DNA of 17,099 nucleotides from positions 1 to 17,099 of the forward strand of contig JBGAIQ010000083.1 in NCBI GenBank assembly GCA_044225365.1, written 5' to 3'. Made by a program: the position numbers and the translations under genes. Positions 15,662 to 17,099 of the stretch are shown one piece after another (the stretch's first letter is position 1; each line of letters starts with the position of its first letter). The notes below the pieces were generated by a model. It had not been told where the DNA came from, ran no database searches, and was given only the letters and a program-made list of their open reading frames with translations. The DNA comes from Planctomycetota bacterium (lineage in GTDB: Bacteria; Planctomycetota; B15-G4; JADJEK01).

Positions 15662-17080
15662 TCAGGCGAAACGGGCTTGGACGTCGGCGTCCTTGGCGAG
15701 GACCTTCTTGGTCTGGGCCGCGCGGTACGCGATCAGCTTCTGCTTGAGCTCACGATCGGAGAGAGCGAGGATCTCGATCGCGAGCAACGCCGCGTTGGTG
15801 CCGCCCATCTTGCCGACCGCGACGGTCGCGACGGGGATGCCGGGCGGCATCATCGAGGTCGAGAGGAGGGCGTCGAAACCGGAGAGGGGCGTCGAGGCGA
15901 TGGGGACGCCGATGATCGGAAGCGTGCTCGCCGCCGCCATCGCACCTGCGAGGTGCGCCGCGCCGCCCGCGGCCGCGATGATGACGTGGATGCCGTTGCT
16001 CTCGGCTTCGCTCGCGAATCGATGGGCTTCGTGCGGGGTGCGATGCGCGGAGAGCACGCGAACCTCGAACGGAACGCCGAATTCGCGAAGGGCTTCGATG
16101 CCGCCCTCGAGCTGGGGGAGATCGCTGTCCGAACCCATCACGATCCCGACGCGCGCCGCGCCCGGCTTTCCCCCCGCGAGAGGCGAGCGTCCGGTGAGGA
16201 TCTTCGCGCTCTCGAGATAGCGATCGGAGGTGATCTCGATGATCTCGGGTGACAACTTCGGCGCCGGCGGCTTCTGGTCCCAGGTGAGCTTCAGCAGGTA
16301 GTTGCGCAGGACCTGCTTGTCGAAGGGCTGTTGGGGTTCGCCCTCCTTCCAGGTCGCCTTGCTCCAGTATCGCGAGCTGTCGGGCGTCAGCGCTTCGTCG
16401 ATCCAGATCAGCTTGCCGTCGAGGGTTCCGAACTCGAACTTGGTGTCGGCGAGCAAGAGGCCGCGCTCCGCCGCGATGGCATGCGCGCGCTGGAAGAGCT
16501 CGAGGGAGACGGCGCGCGTCTGTTCGGCGAGATCCTTGCCGATCCGATCGACGACGCCCTGGAAGTCGATCGACTCGTCGTGGCCGACCTCGGCCTTGGT
16601 CGTCGGAGTGAGGATCGGTTCGGGTAGCCGGGAGCTCTCGGCGAGGCCGGGCGGGAGCTTCACGCCGCAGATGGCGCCCGTCTTCTTGTAGTCCTTGAGG
16701 CCCGAGCCCGCGAGGTAACCCCGCACGACGAACTCCACGGGCAATGGCTTGCACCGCTTCACGTACATCGTTCGGCCCTCGAGTTGTTCGCGATAGGGCT
16801 GGACGGACGACGGCATCGCGGCGACATCGGTCGTGATGAGGTGGTTCGGAATCACGTCCTGAAGGCGGCGGAACCAGAATTCGGAGACGAAGGTCAGGAC
16901 GCGGCCCTTGTGGGGGATGCCTTCGTTCATGACGACGTCGAAGGCCGAGACGCGGTCGGTCGCGACCAGTAGGAGCCCACCCTCGACCTCGTAGATGTCG
17001 CGGACCTTACCGCGCGCGATGCGCTTCAGGTTGGGCAGGTCGGCTTGCAGCAGGGGCGGCATTCCACTCGTTCCGTTCAT
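15662..17080 (-). CDS. purC-purE: Fused SAICAR synthetase (PurC) - N5-CAIR mutase (class I PurE), 472 aa (alternative start ATG 17062)
   Basis: PurC: [36 protein letters not shown]...[26 protein letters not shown]. Short linker [14 protein letters not shown]. PurE (~16150-15662): [55 protein letters not shown]. Confidence 0.95.
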   Translation of the reverse strand: MNGTSGMPPLLQADLPNLKRIARGKVRDIYEVEGGLLLVATDRVSAFDVVMNEGIPHKGRVLTFVSEFWFRRLQDVIPNHLITTDVAAMPSSVQPYREQLEGRTMYVKRCKPLPVEFVVRGYLAGSGLKDYKKTGAICGVKLPPGLAESSRLPEPILTPTTKAEVGHDESIDFQGVVDRIGKDLAEQTRAVSLELFQRAHAIAAERGLLLADTKFEFGTLDGKLIWIDEALTPDSSRYWSKATWKEGEPQQPFDKQVLRNYLLKLTWDQKPPAPKLSPEIIEITSDRYLESAKILTGRSPLAGGKPGAARVGIVMGSDSDLPQLEGGIEALREFGVPFEVRVLSAHRTPHEAHRFASEAESNGIHVIIAAAGGAAHLAGAMAAASTLPIIGVPIASTPLSGFDALLSTSMMPPGIPVATVAVGKMGGTNAALLAIEILALSDRELKQKLIAYRAAQTKKVLAKDADVQARFA

Positions 17081-17099
17081 GCGCAGAGCGCTCCGATCC

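Noticed and set aside
1-17099. Abundant CGATCG / GCGATCGC / TCGA words, resembling HIP1
   Set aside because: Plausibly explained by codon usage (NCG-ATC-GNN, CTC-GAN) in a CpG-rich genome. Enrichment cannot be shown without a Markov background calculation.

Overview
High-GC bacterial window, probably Planctomycetota (inferred from a small FPxWS-x-IL-xx-LGY protein). In order: (1) a 3'-truncated secreted DUF1573 (CGCT) protein, divergent from a Lys-rich hypothetical gene; (2) a tightly coupled five-gene minus-strand operon: radical SAM/SPASM, GT9 heptosyltransferase-like, radical SAM, radical SAM, TMTC-like GT-C glycosyltransferase with TPRs; (3) two small hypothetical genes; (4) an Rpn/YhgA-like PD-(D/E)XK nuclease; (5) an exported amidase-signature enzyme followed by a GTAG-type REP-like hairpin; (6) a lower-GC islet with a membrane-anchored helical protein and an AftB-like GT-C glycosyltransferase; (7) mtnA frameshifted by an exact 140-bp tandem duplication; (8) an in-frame PurC-PurE fusion. 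The best candidate for an undescribed system is the triple radical-SAM + GT9 + TMTC-like operon, probably a cell-envelope or protein glycan-tailoring pathway. The PAICS-like PurC-PurE fusion built from a class I PurE is also notable. All family calls come from motif recognition by eye, not database searches.
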